Below are positions 38,601 through 52,299 of a DNA stretch of 64,000 nt, piece by piece (position 1 is the stretch's first letter; each line of letters begins with the position of its first letter). The translations under genes were made by a program, and so were the position numbers. Origin of the DNA: Dicyema japonicum (taxonomy: Eukaryota > Animalia > Dicyemida); the NCBI GenBank assembly GCA_011109175.1, contig RDEW01000007.1:1378295-1442294 (forward strand), given 5' to 3'. The notes under the pieces are model-generated. The model ran no database searches, was not told the DNA's origin, and saw only the letters and a program-made list of their open reading frames with translations.

Positions 38601-38869
38601 TCTCGTGAAAAGGCTTTAATTATTATTATTTTTCCCCAAGGACAATGTCGTTTCCTGGAGACAAGTTCTGGAACGCTGGAACGAGTCAGGAGTTAGTTAG
38701 TTTGGTTACCCTTGGTCTTTGAATAATTTTAATTTAATTTAAAAGAGCACATAATTTAGGAAGCTTGAATGACCAGCTGTTTCCTCTGAAGATAGCTATC
38801 GAGATACGCCCTCGAAGCCAACTTTGTTGACCCTTTGGATCATTGAGCCGATCTTGCAGACTAGATCGT

Positions 38870-39290
38870 CCGCTTATGGGCCAAGAATTTTTGACGTCTC
38901 AACAGCAAATGGTACATAGTATCCTCCGAAATGCTCTCTGGAGCGAGTCATCTTCCTACACTTACCTCTCTCATTCGTAAACTCTCTTAGTCAATTCAGA
39001 TCCTTTCCCTCTCTTAAGCCTCTCCCAACCTCGAGGACCATAGAATGGGTAGTTCTCAGTCGTCTACGGAGGATCGTCAGAGGCGAAGAAGTCGTCCATG
39101 GTCAAACTAACTGGGGCTTCTGGTCAATTCAATGTGTCCAAAAAGCATTCATCTAACTTCAGTGATTAAATCAAGATTGGGTCATGAGTCCAGGAAAATG
39201 TGGAAGAGAAGTTCAAGATCTGTTTGCTCGCCCTGGAGCATCAGTTATATACTTGGAAAATCTCTGGGAGCGATCTGACTCAGCAGCGTT
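38870..39290 (+). mobile_element. Highly decayed LINE RT relic
   Basis: Traces resembling GP-x-x-F and VQKAF motifs only. Confidence 0.35.
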
Positions 39291-39373
39291 ATAAAAAATG
39301 TGGTAATAACTCAACTAATAAAAAATAATTAATAAACGAATCAAAAACAATTTTGTTAAAAATTAGACTATGA

Positions 39374-40029
39374 TTATTCATGACCACTCATAACTTGATA
39401 GTTTCTCTTAAAAATGTCCAACTCGCTAACAATCTGGTCTACCTCCTCGGGTTCAGAAATGCCAGATTCCTCCTGAAAGTAATAATCAAGGTCATACTCT
39501 TTGTCTTCTTTCCTCCTCCTCTTGGATCTTCCTCAGTTTTGGAAGCAAAAACACAGAGACCAAAGTCAAGGAGGCAATCAGAAACTAAAATGAGAATATT
39601 GAGTACCATTGGATTAAAGATAACGTCACGAATCTGAACTTGAGGACGTTCGATGAAGAACATTAGTTTGGTAAGAGCCCTGATCTTAAGAGGATTCGAA
39701 GGCACAACTTCCACACTTCCAAGCTGAAGTAAATTGAGTTTTCTGGCCCGAACAGACAATCTGGGAGAAATATCGAGTCTAGCTGATTCAAATGAAAAAT
39801 GAGGGGATTCCACTTGGAGAATGTACGATCCGGGGACCAGTCTGTTGAATGAGAAAGAATTGTCGGGTTTGGGAAATGTTGTGTATAACACTCTTCCGTC
39901 GTCAATGAGTTGAATGGAAACTGCTTTCAGCCATTGGTTGTTAGTCTCGTTCTTATTTTGAAGAATTCCATTAATGGAGGCAGTCATACTTTGCATTTGA
40001 TTACATAACAGAAGAAACAGGCACAACAT
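39374..40029 (-). CDS. EMC7: ER membrane protein complex subunit 7
   Basis: Signal peptide, FSFNRLVPGSYILQVESPHFSFESARLDI; introns 39585-39606 (22 nt) and 39473-39497 (25 nt) restore NPMFLIASLTLVSVFLLPK and a stop at 39374. Confidence 0.9.
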
Positions 40030-40092
40030 CACCAGTTAATTATTATTATTTAAATATTTTTATTTTATTTTAAAAACTTAATAACGAATACA

Positions 40093-40402
40093 CCGCCACG
40101 TGGTCCATGTGCTGCTACGTGGCTAATTGGTTGAAGTTTTCTGATTGTTTCGTTTGTTCCTTTCCTTTCCTATTATAGTGACGTCATGTGATCCACCTGT
40201 CTAGGTGGCGCCCAGTGCCAGGCCGGCACGAAAAAGGATCATTTGCTCTCCCCCACTCCACTGGAGGGGTTTCCACAACTGAAAGTATGGACGTCTTTTA
40301 CTCTTTATGTTGATTTTGGATGGACTCTGTAGAAGTGTAAACTGGGTACATTTAATTAGTTGTTTACTTTAACTTCTTTCTCGGTGTATCCGGGTTAATA
40401 AA
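40093..40402 (+). mobile_element. SINE1 copy B
   Basis: Colinear with the other copies; ends tcggtgtatccgggttaataaa. Confidence 0.9.
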
Positions 40403-40629
40403 TTAAAATTACTGCTACAATGCTTTTCGGAAAGCTCGAGTCCATCTGGCCTGTCTCATTGTGGGCATCACAACCTTACATGCTTACAGGAGAAAAACTG
40501 GACAATTAGACTGTCTGTGGGGATGTTCAAGTTTATCTGGCGCGTCTTCACTGTGAACATCAGCATTGTCAGTGCCAACTAATTAAATGACCCCACTATC
40601 TAATAATTCCCACACTCTCTTTGAGTGGT

Positions 40630-41640
40630 CTGCCAGTGATCCCAGCGTCTTCTGTAAGTGTCTTTTCGAATTTCTGAGAAGTAACTCGATCGGGGTATCT
40701 TTCTTCAAAACTTGTCGTACATCTTCCGCATGAATAACTTATCCTCGAAATAAATTTCCTGATTCCCTCATAAACACAGGAAACCCCAACTATTTTTTTG
40801 GTGACTCTTTCTGAAAGGCAGTAGCGCTCGATCCCCTTCTATGTGAAGGGAGAAGGTGCACAATTTTCCTCTTAAATTTTCACGGAGAAAGAGCAAGAAT
40901 CCAGGCAGAACAACCGTATTCGACGGTCGGAGCAATTATTTGATCATAAAATTTGTGGATGCAGGCCACGAGAGAGAAGGAGCTCTTCGTGTAATAACCT
41001 TTAAAACATTCCACTTTTGAGCCTCCTAGTCATGGTTTCTTCAGCACGATGAGTGAATGCCATTAACTCGTCAAAGGCAACACCAAGGATCTTTTCCCAT
41101 TTTGTGAATGGGATGCAGATGTCTTCGATGAATAACTCAGGTTCTCCCTTTAACCTCATATCTGTAGTAAAAAGGATAAACTGGGATTTGGAGGTTGATA
41201 TTGATAACATTTTGGTGAAGAGCCAGTCATCCACCAAGTTAAATTGTGACTGGAGAACTATCTCTAGCGGCAATAATATAGCCATCTAGAAACAAATCAA
41301 ATAAAATCGGAAGCAGAGGGGATCCGTGTGGGACCTTGTTAGGAAGTAAGCCAGATCTTAGATTTGCTCAATAAACGCGAATTCTTCCTCTTGGATCAAC
41401 AGCCATGTTAGAACGCATGTATTGGCATACAAGGGAGGATTAACATAAGAATAAGACTCTCAACCACTTTTGAAATGGTGTAAATTGTGGAGACGGCGAT
41501 AAGAAGATAGTTTATGTTTCGGTTTTCTCGTCTTCAAGATCGGCGTAATTAGTGAGTTTTTCCAGATATTCAAAATTGTGTGTGAAATGAGAAAAAAATG
41601 TATAAATCCTTTAACACTATCATCGTCCGAAGACCTAGGT
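40630..41640 (-). mobile_element. Ingi-like LINE fragment
   Basis: ILKTRKP...SYR, ILGVAFDELMAF, 3' ctgggatcact motif. Confidence 0.75.
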
Positions 41641-41999
41641 GTTTGAGGTGATACCAGAGACACCATCGGGACCACTAGAGCGGGTGGTATGTAATGTAGT
41701 TATGGACTAGTTCACAACTTGCAGATTAAAAAACTAGTCTGGTTCGCGGGCTTTGGTCTGTATCGCTTCACATGCAGGGAATGGGACAATTTCTTGTAAT
41801 TAACTCAAATTAGTTGCGATACTCTGCTAAACAAAATACAGAGTCTTCTAGGTCTTCTTCAAGGTATCTTATTTGTAATATGTAAGGATAACCTCGGGTT
41901 AAAGTTCTTGTGGGAATAGAGGAATGAAGATCTTATCGGTTTTCAAAATCACTGACGACATTAACTTGGTGCCTTGTCAATTGAAAATTTTTCACAGCG

Positions 42000-42500
42000 A
42001 AACCGGGAAGGCTATCCCGGCATGCTCTAACAGAGACTTAACTTGGTACGATGTTCCTCCCTCGAGACCACACAAGCACGTATCGGCCGTACAATTGATG
42101 CTCGTAGTAGCACGTACCTGCTCATCGTTTCATGCAATTAGGAAATACAGAGGCCTTTGAGGGGGGGACCTTTCCAGAAGTCCGACACTACCTTTTTTCA
42201 CTGGCTTTGATCTTCAGAGAATTTGTTCAGGATATAAACGGGGCCAGGAAGCACAAGCATAGAACATGCATGGTTCGATGTACTGTTTGTAGATAGAATT
42301 CAGGACTGGATGGTTTCCGACTCTCCATAATCCTAAGAGGATTTTCACAGACATTCTCTTACTTTTGATAATCACGTTTTCGACAGACTGGGAAAACACA
42401 TGTGCATGTCGAATATGATTCCCAGGATTTTCGGATGTTTGCCAAATGGGATTTCAGCATTATCAACTTTTAGCTCTACCGTCCGTCTGCTTAGTTTTCC
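42000..42500 (-). mobile_element. Ingi-like LINE 3' fragment
   Basis: FSQSVENVI...SIYKQYIEPCMFYACASW; EEHRTKLSLL matches the C-terminus at 8350. Confidence 0.75.
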
Positions 42501-42579
42501 ATCGGAAGTGAATTGCTTTGTAGGATACCATATTAACCTTATTTCATATTAAACTTAAAATAAAAAAATAAATTAATAT

Positions 42580-42798
42580 TTAATTATCAATGTGTGCATT
42601 GTAAGATAAGGCCTCCAAGTACTCATCTGTCTTTGACTTAACAAAATTGAGTGATCCTCTTGTAATAAATATGTGTGTTTCATCCAAATCATTAAGAATA
42701 AATTTATTATCAGAAGAACACTCATCGTCTATTTTAAGAAGGAGTTGTTTTATTGTAGACTCGCATTCAATCAGAATACCTTTTGACGTGTACACCAT
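42580..42798 (-). CDS. GTF2H5: TFIIH subunit p8/TFB5, intronless
   Basis: MVYTSKGILIECESTIKQLLLKIDD...FILNDLDETHIF. Confidence 0.9.
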   Translation of the reverse strand: MVYTSKGILIECESTIKQLLLKIDDECSSDNKFILNDLDETHIFITRGSLNFVKSKTDEYLEALSYNAHIDN

Positions 42799-42899
42799 CA
42801 CGAACTATCATAAATATAATAATTAAATTAAATTAATAATTAATTTTTTGAGAATAATAAAATAATTACGTAATAAAATCTCCTATTCCACATCTTTAA

Positions 42900-43740
42900 T
42901 CACTAAATTTCTACCGAACGGGGTCCCGCAAAGATCCCCTCTCCCATTCTATCCAACCTATTCATGAGCGACATGCCTTCCTACAGCTGCGACGATACCC
43001 TATTTCTTGCTTACGCCGATGACTTAATCCTGTGAACAAGAGTCAGTGCATCCACACAGCGGGTACCCGCTTACAAGATTCATTGGATAACCTGAACTGT
43101 TGGCTTACGAAGAAACAACTACATACAAGTCCTGAAAAGTCGTGCTCTATGATCTTTACTTCCAATATAAAATTGACTAACTTGGTTCCTCCATTGACTT
43201 TAAATGGAATAACAATCCCCTCCACAAATTCAACCGAAATACTTGGGGTCACATATGACCCACTAATGACCTTCAGAAACATGTGAGCAACATAATCTCC
43301 TTTTCCCAGAGAAAATTAAACTTTGTAAAAACGCTACTTGGATACTACAAGAGATGGTTCCACCCAACAGTAGATCATCTCTATTACCAATACATACTTC
43401 CGTCAATCAGTTACTGCTGCGCGGCATGGGGTACTAACATATCTTACACCAACCTAAAGAAATTAAACTCCTTCCAAGAGACAGTAACGAAAACCCTACA
43501 AAGATCCACCTCCTCGTCATTAAAACCAACCACGTTCGAGGAACTCGTGGGGAAAACGGGAGCTCAGTCAAAACCCCCTAAACTTCCAAAAATGATTCGT
43601 TCATACAGGAAGTGTGTCGGCACTCGGAAAGAACACCGAGGAAAGATGAGGCGGCTGCTCAAGGGGGCAAAAATGACCTGACGGCCCCTACTATCCTTTG
43701 TTTTGTCGGTGATTCTTGATTTTTAAATTTAAAAAAAGTA
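42900..43740 (+). mobile_element. Ingi-like LINE 3' half
   Basis: GVPQ, AYADD, ILGVTYDPLMTF, YILPSISYCCAAW. Confidence 0.85.
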
Positions 43741-43910
43741 CCCAGATGTTTCAAATTCCCAAATTGGCCATAAATAGTTTAGGAACAATTTTGAACCAAT
43801 TTAAGGGACTTTACTGTATTTATTATTATAAATCCATTATGCTTGAACCACAATTAGTAAACTATTAATATTAATTTCAATATATAAATGGAAATATCTA
43901 ATCAGTTTGA

Positions 43911-44748
<838 letters not shown>

Positions 44749-45433
44749 ATCTTGTATATTAGTTCGATAGTACCGTTTATTGTGGGTGAATATGCCACAC
44801 GGCTTCCTCACAAGGACCTCAAATGGGGTTGCCCTTATTGGTAGTCCTGTGATTCGAGAGATTGTTTTAGTTCTTTTTGATTGAGGTGAGTTGATCTTAT
44901 CAATGTTTGTTTTACCAAGTTTTGTTCCCCAAGCTGCAGTTCGATAACTTATAGTGGGCTCGATGAATTGGGTGTACAACTTGGGTGATGACCGGTTTGA
45001 GGATCCTTTAAAATTTGAGACGATCGCTTTCATGAAGTTAAGCTTTCGTGTCGAAGCACTAATTACGTTTCCCACATTTGTGCTGAATGTCATGAGGGCG
45101 TCAAATGGTACTCCCAGAATCTTAGCATTTTCTTGTGTGGGATAAGTTTACCATTCAAAAACAGTTCGGCGGAATAATTTGATAGCCTACAATTCGACGT
45201 AAAGAGAGAGGTCGAGGACTTTTCTGTAGACTTTAACAAAAAATTGTAGAATGGATAATGAAGCCAATATACAAAGGTACCCATTATTTGATTGTTTGGA
45301 TACAGAGAAATACCCTGTAGTAGAACAAAATTATTCATTTTATTGCGGACTACCCCACGGTTCTCCTTATCAATCTTTTCCTCCACGACCTACCAAATTA
45401 CGAGGAAGAATTTTTTTATTATCCTACGCAGAT
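44749..45433. mobile_element. Ingi-like LINE fragment with an internal inversion
   Basis: 44749-45247 is minus-strand post-RT sequence; 45250-45433 is plus-strand RT motifs (GLPHGSP, NLFLHDLP, SYAD). Confidence 0.75.
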
Positions 45434-45532
45434 TATGCCCAGCACGATGATAAACTAAGATTTAAAATATTTAAAGACAATTATGCTCAAATCACACAAT
45501 AAATCGTACGAGAGTGGAAAGGTCTCATATAT
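45432..45532 (+). pseudogene. Duplicated cathepsin prodomain fragment
   Basis: Near-identical to 44066-44170 (YAQHDDKLRF.IFKDNYAQI). Confidence 0.9.
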
Positions 45533-45984
45533 ACTCGTTAGCAACAATTGACTACACGGAGTGTGTCTTGAGTCTCTTAGACTTCTTAATTCCATATTGA
45601 CAACACAAGTGCAGATATATGCATTTAACTGCCTTCGCAGATTGTTCAACATACGACCACACATTGTTGCCAAACTTTTCCTGGCAGGTTACAAGAACAA
45701 ATTAAGGTCTTGTACAAGTCACAACAATTCTTCGGATCTTGGAGAATTGATCCCATGTGATAACCACTGACGTCGACGTCGACATTATCAAAACATTCGA
45801 AAGGGTTCCATGCGATTACTTCCTCCGTATTTGTTCGATTAATTTTTTTGAACTCTTTTAGTAATTTGAGATCTTTATACCTCCGATTGAGGAATTGAAC
45901 GATTGTGACGACCTAGACATCGGTCCCCCTTTTCGGGGGAAATGAACTTTTTAATTTTGTCTTAAAATGTGATTTGTGTTTAAA

Positions 45985-46400
45985 ATAACAAAAAACTTTT
46001 TACTGGTGCAGTATAGTACCCACTAAGCGCTTTTAGTTTCCTTAACAATTATTGTACTCCCAAGCACTTATTACCCCTAAACAATTATAGTATCCCCATA
46101 AAAATAACAAGTTTTTTTCACCATGAGACAACAAACATCAACAGTTAGAACTTATCTCCCAAAATCCACATGAAAATTGTAAATGGGCAGTCATATTTAA
46201 ATTCATAGATGAATGAAAAAAATCGAGATGGGATTGTAATTAACTTTATTGGCACACCTTTCTTTGCACATTCTCCATACTCTCTCGACGGTTTGTGTGT
46301 GAATATTACTCTCATTGGGGTCAATAAAATTTTCAATATGGTTTATCCAGCTATGAGTTGCAAAATGTTTGTTAAAGTAGCATAAGAAGACCATTGATCA
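45985..46400 (-). mobile_element. Merlin/ISXO2-like DNA transposon relic
   Basis: INHIENFIDPNESNIHTQTVERVWRMCK; short repeated motifs (tagtaccc, tgtactccc, tagtatccc) at 46010-46100. Confidence 0.7.
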
Positions 46401-46439
46401 CTATAAATAGTCGTTCACTATCCACATTCTCTTTTTAGA

Positions 46440-47100
46440 AATTTATTATAAAGATGCAGGGGACCCATCATGATATTGCAACAGTGGAATTTCTTTTCTG
46501 GATTTACGTCCGGTTACTTTATTATAGACTTTCCAAAAGTTTGGGTTTTTTTGATAAAATTCGCTGCACTGAGCAATCCAAAAATTATTTTTCTTAACTT
46601 TTTCTAATCTGTGTATTTCTTGCGTGATCATCATAATTTCTAGCTACATGATCCTACGATCATGGGGATCAGGACATTGACGTAATTTATTTTTCAAGCA
46701 TTGTTTCCTTTTCAAAAGGACTATAACATTTTTTGGTGTCAATGGAAAATTCTTGTTAACCGAATAGACATTATTCGCATATGTTTCGAGGTACGATTTA
46801 AAAAAAACAATTAGAGAGGCACTCGAACTCTCAAGACCCAACTTGGAAGACTCCGGATTACAAAAATACCCAAAACGTTCCAAATATATAGTAATGCTTT
46901 TTCGGTAATGGTTCCAGTTTATACTTGTCAGATCATAGCGTGCTAGAGCAGGTTTGATTTCTAAAGGAGTTAGGTTGAGTTTATAAAGGATTGGTAGATG
47001 ATCACTACCAATATCACTAAGCGTAATCAGTCGTTCCAAAAATTGATGAACAGATTCCGATATTAACGACATTCTCAAATAATCCCAGCCACGTGGAGAT
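46440..47100 (-). mobile_element. LINE relic (APE end and linker)
   Basis: DIGSDHLPILYKL...INWNHY. Confidence 0.7.
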
Positions 47101-47315
47101 TAGTGATTCGGGTCGATGACATCACAACAGAAAACCCGGAAGACACAGACAGATCTTTCAAAACAAGACCGTCTCTATTCGTCCCCAGACAACCAACGAG
47201 GTATCTTTTATTTATAGTAATAATATATTAATATTAAAAATAAAAAGAAAATTTATGGATAAAAATTACAACTCAATTTAATTAAGTTCAAAAATCGTAT
47301 CCGACATGTGATTAA

Positions 47316-47637
47316 CTGCGTGGCGCCATGTGGTGCTGCGTGGTTAATTGGTTGAGGTTTTCTGCTTGCTTGTCTGTTCCTCCTCTCTCTTCCTATTAGA
47401 GTGGCGTCATGTGATCCACCTGTCTAGTTGGCGCCCAGTGCCAGGCCGGCACAAAAAAGGATTATTTGCTCTTCCCCACTCCATCGGAGGGGTTTCCACA
47501 ACTGCATGTAATGGACGTCTTTAACCTTTTATGCTGATTCCGGATGTACTCTGTTTCTGTAGAAGTGGAAACTGGATACACTTAATTAGTTGTTTACTTT
47601 AACTTCTTTCTCGGTGTATCCGGGGTTAATAAATAAA
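47316..47637 (+). mobile_element. SINE1 copy A (complete)
   Basis: 5' 12-bp hairpin, internal pseudoknot-forming block, LINE-like tail cacttaattag...ccggggttaataaataaa. Confidence 0.92.
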
Positions 47638-49812
47638 TGTCGCGTGGCTCACCTACGATGTGGTGGCATTGCACAATTTATGTGGAAAAAAGCCGCAAAA
47701 TCTCTATCCCTTTTTCATTAAGACGTGGATGGTGTCGTGCATTATTACTTATTTCCGGCGATGTCAAACCGAATCCAGGACCGCCATTGATTATTGCCCA
47801 AATCAACATAAATGGAATTCGAACAAAGATTATTGAACTTAACGATTTTTTCAGTCCAACTCAGTGGATATCGCTCTAATTCAAGAGTCAAAGCTTACTC
47901 ATAAAGATTCAACTCCAACGTTTCCTGGATATTACGTACTCCGGAAAGACCGAAAATTCCAAGATGAACGCGAAGAGCCCAATTTGGTACACAAATCAAC
48001 TATTGGAACAAAGATGATCTATTATGTTAGACAACATTGACGACTTGGGAATCCTTAACAACAGGAATAAACACACAAGAACTCCTTCAAGAAATGGTGA
48101 CTCTCCTACCTCACCAGATCTGACTCCCTATCCTTTTTCCGAACTTTTCCTCGATAGATGCAACCGTTGGATTTATTAATGAAAATATTTTGCAAGCCCG
48201 AAAAAAGTTTATTCCAATGGGACGATTCAAGACTTTCAGATAACTTCGACACAGAAACGAGAGTCCTTGTTACAAGAAGAAATAAACTAAAGAAAACTAT
48301 AGATAAAACAACATCCTTGAATACTGAAATTACAGATCTGAATTAGGAAATTACCAAAAGGATCAGAAATAAAAACAAATCGAATATTTCAAACCGCTGG
48401 AGGTATTTTCATGCAACTAAATACATGAAAAATACAAAATCCAAAGGGGCGGATGACATTTCAATAACTGAATTGAGACACTTGTGCCAATAGCAATCGA
48501 TGCCCTTACTGAGAATTTCAATTACTCAGTGAATAGAAATGAGATTCCCTCATTATGGAAAAAATCACTTATACATCCAGTACCTAAAAAGAACAAAGCC
48601 TTAGACAACCCCTGGAGTTATCGTCAAATATCGATTCTTTGTGGCCTTTCAAGAACATTGGAAAAATTAATCTTTCACAAGATTACTCATTCGCTTGATC
48701 TTGCAAGTTTCCAACATGACTTCAGATCGAGATACTCAACTTCAACACATCTAACAAAACTAACTCAGTTCATCTTGGATGGACTGAACTACTGAAAATC
48801 ACATAAAAGAACGGTACTTGTCGCTCTGGATATCGAGAAGGCGTTTGATTCGGTACCGAGGAAACTCTAACAACAAAAAATATCCATCCGAAAATCCAGA
48901 TGTGGCTGGCCAATTTCATTAATGGTAGAAGAGGCCAAGTTATCATGAATAATAGAAAATCAAGACAACAAAACCTCCCCAAACGGGGTCCTTCAAGGAT
49001 CCCCTTTATCACCAACCTTGTTCAATTTATTTACAAGAGACCTTCCAAATCCAAACATCCAAAATACCATCTTTCTGCCTTATGCCGACGATCTCATTGT
49101 CGCAGCAAGACACCAAGACCATAAAGAAGCTGCGCGAAGGGTTCAGGAGGCCCTCGACATTATGAACACATGGTTCCTCAAAAACCACATGAAAATATCC
49201 TCTGGGAAGTCGAACACTGCGATTATCCTACAGGAAACATACATCCTTCGATCCTAAAGTAACTTTGAATGGAGAGCTTATCCCAGTTAATAAGAACCCA
49301 TCAATCCTTGGAGTTACATATGACCCGTTGAAGACGTTCACACATCATGTGGACACAATAATTTCAAGAGTTCAAAAAAATGGGGATCCTCAAGACCTTT
49401 GCTAGATCTCCAATATCTTCACTTTCTCATATCAAGTTATTACAAACAATATATTCTACCGACAATGGTACATGTATGTACGGCGTGGATTACCCCTTGT
49501 CAATATCCACGCAGAACAAATTAGAGGTCATACAAAACCAATGCCTCCGGATCCTTCTTAATGTAAATGACGCCTACGTCAGAAATGATAAAAACTTTAG
49601 ATCTCAAAAAGTCATTCTTGAAAATGGTGCGATTTTTTGGTAGCCCCCTTGAAAATGAGTTTCTTGCCTACCAGAAGATCAAACCTTCCCCCTTTTGGAC
49701 GATAAGAAAAGATTGCAGACAAAGTCGAAACAAAGGGACGCACTGACACCGGGATCATTTAATTAGACGAAAACTTTTTCCTCTTTCCTGTGTTCCCGGG
49801 GTTATAATAATA
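47636..49812 (+). mobile_element. Ingi-like LINE with 5' pseudoknot and degenerate 2A, decayed
   Basis: LLLISGDVKPNPGP, APE start, SYRQISIL, FQHDFR, AYADD-like YADD, ILGVTYD; 3' cgggatcatttaattag...ccggggttataataataa. Confidence 0.88.
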
Positions 49813-50066
49813 ACTAATTAAGTGTATCCAGTTTCCACTTCTACAGAAACAGAGTCCATCCTGAATCAACATAAGACGTCCATACTTGCAGTTGTGGAAA
49901 CCTCTCCAGTTGAGTGGGAGATACCAAATGATTCTTTTTCGTGCCAGCATGGCACTGGGGCCACCTAGACAGGTTGATCACATGACCCCACTCTAATAGG
50001 AAGAGGAGGAGGAACAAACAAAAACTTCAACCAATTAACCACAAAGCACCACATGGCGCCACGCGG
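49812..50066 (-). mobile_element. SINE1 copy D (last ~45 nt missing)
   Basis: Colinear with copy A; abuts the LINE tail. Confidence 0.9.
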
Positions 50067-50199
50067 CTATTACGAAATTTTAGCAACCATATAATTCTTT
50101 ACAATTAAAAAATTAGTTCCTTTTTTATTAAAAAATTTATAAAACTAAATCAGATAACCAGTCATCATTAAAAGCATTCCAAACGATAGGAAGAGTATA

Positions 50200-51492
50200 A
50201 ATGAACAATCTCGAGTTATCATTTGGTTTTTGAATTCCCCCAGTCTATCACGAAACCATAATTCGACTGTTTTACACTTGTTGAAAAAATTAATGGTTAT
50301 TAAGATATCATCGAAGATATCATCGTTTCATAAACTAAAGTATTTGGTGAAAAGCTTGGAACCAATGATTTTGAGTTAGTAAAGGCTACACAGATTTAAA
50401 GGAAGATTTAATCTTAAACTAACAGCTTAACACAATGAAATTAATTTGAATAAACAAATATTAGTTAAAAGAAGTGACCCTGACGTTTTGGTAAAAATGG
50501 ATGAAACTAAACTCTTTTTTCAATTTTACCCTACGAATCGTACACGGACAGAAGACTCTCGTGCGCGCTGCTGGGTATTTGAGCGAATATCGCTTGCTAT
50601 CCTGACAGGGAATAGCCACGCAGTCAGGGAAGCCGCTATCTAACCGTTTACTCTTTTTTCTTTCCTTAATAAAATTTTATTATCTTACCCTTTTAAAACA
50701 ACTTCATCTAAAGATAGAAATTGCATAAAGCAATCAAAGGTAAGGATCACTATAGCTCTTTGTGCTAACGAGAATGGAACAATAAAAAATAATTCTTTTT
50801 ATTTGCCATAATAAAATACCAAGATTTTAAAAAGACTTTGAAAATTATAATCATGTAAATAAAAGGGTTTGAATGAAAACAGAATTTTTTAATGTTTTCA
50901 TCAGTCATCATGTGATGAATTAAAATGTTAAAGAAAAAGTTATATTTACTGATTGATAATACTCCACGTTTTAACGAATTTTGTTTGAAAATTTTATTCC
51001 TTCCAAAAAACACAACTGCACATCTTCAACCATGGATGCAGGCATAATCAAAAACTTTAAGCATTATTATAGAAAAAGGCATATTTTGGAATATATACCC
51101 TTGATTTGGAAAAAGATTTTTTTGTGAATTTATGAAAAGCATCATTATGTTATCTCACACACGAAGTAAAAGACCATAAAAATTGTTTTAAAAGACTTGA
51201 TTTAATTTGCTAATGAAGATATAATGCAAGATCCTGTTTTTAATGGCTACCGAAAGAACTGGAAGAACTTGCTATGAATAAGAAATAACTCAAACAGAAG
51301 TGTTCGACGAGAACGAAATCGTCATTTTTTGTAAAGATTATAATGTCGACGAGGAATTTATTGATGCTAAAATTGAGGGATTATTATGTATGAAAACATA
51401 AATATTAACTACAATGAAATTAATATATTTATACCCTTCACAATCCGAAAGTCATCCAAATTTTTTTAGTTTTGATTAATGAGGGTTTACTG
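50200..51492 (+). mobile_element. Tigger/pogo DNA transposon relic with a nested CRE tail (~50540-50645)
   Basis: HRFKGRFNL HTH, MDETKLFF, LLIDN, LFLPKNTTAHLQP; right TIR gagggtttactg followed by TA. Confidence 0.85.
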
Positions 51493-52299
51493 TACTTACC
51501 AAAATCTTTGACGTTTGGATTTTTGTAAAAGGCAAAAGTTAAGCTTGTAATTTAAAATTCAATTTTTTATTAAAAAATTAATCTTTATTTAAAAAAAATT
51601 GAGAAATTGACTGTTCCGTTTTTTATTTGTATCGCTGTATATGGCAGAATACTCAAGAAGGGTAATAGTAATTCTAAATTACCATAATATCCACACGAGG
51701 ACACAAAGCCGTCATAGGAATATGTTGCCGCCTTATAAAGACGATGATGGAGCACACCTGTGCCTCTTGAGATTAGGAAATTAACGATTAATGATCTAAT
51801 AACGAAAATAGTCCATTTATATAATTTCCCTATTCTACTATTCCCACAATTACTTGATCAGTCGACAATCCGGGTTTTTTCACCCTGTTGTGCATAATCT
51901 GATCGTTTTTTTAGATCAGCGTAGAAGCTATCTAAACACGTAAATTTAGGAAAAAACCTTTCCAAATTAAACTAAAAGTGGAATGTCGTGGATATAGAAA
52001 AACAATAGGTACTATTCAAATCCTCGCGAGCATATTAAGGTCTACTGGGATAATTTAATTAGATGTTTTAACTTCTTTGTGTTTTTTCGGGATTAAATAG
52101 TATGTGACATGCTGGACTGGTTACCATCACCTGTCATTAGTGATGACTAGGTCAACCGTTTGCTATAAAAATTTATTTAATAAATATGCACAAAAAAAGA
52201 ACTTTCGATTTAAACATGGTACTAAAAACAAATACAAGAGCAACGAGACAGCAACTCTTTTAGTCTTCTAGGAACTGCAATTGTCAAATCCTTCACGGA

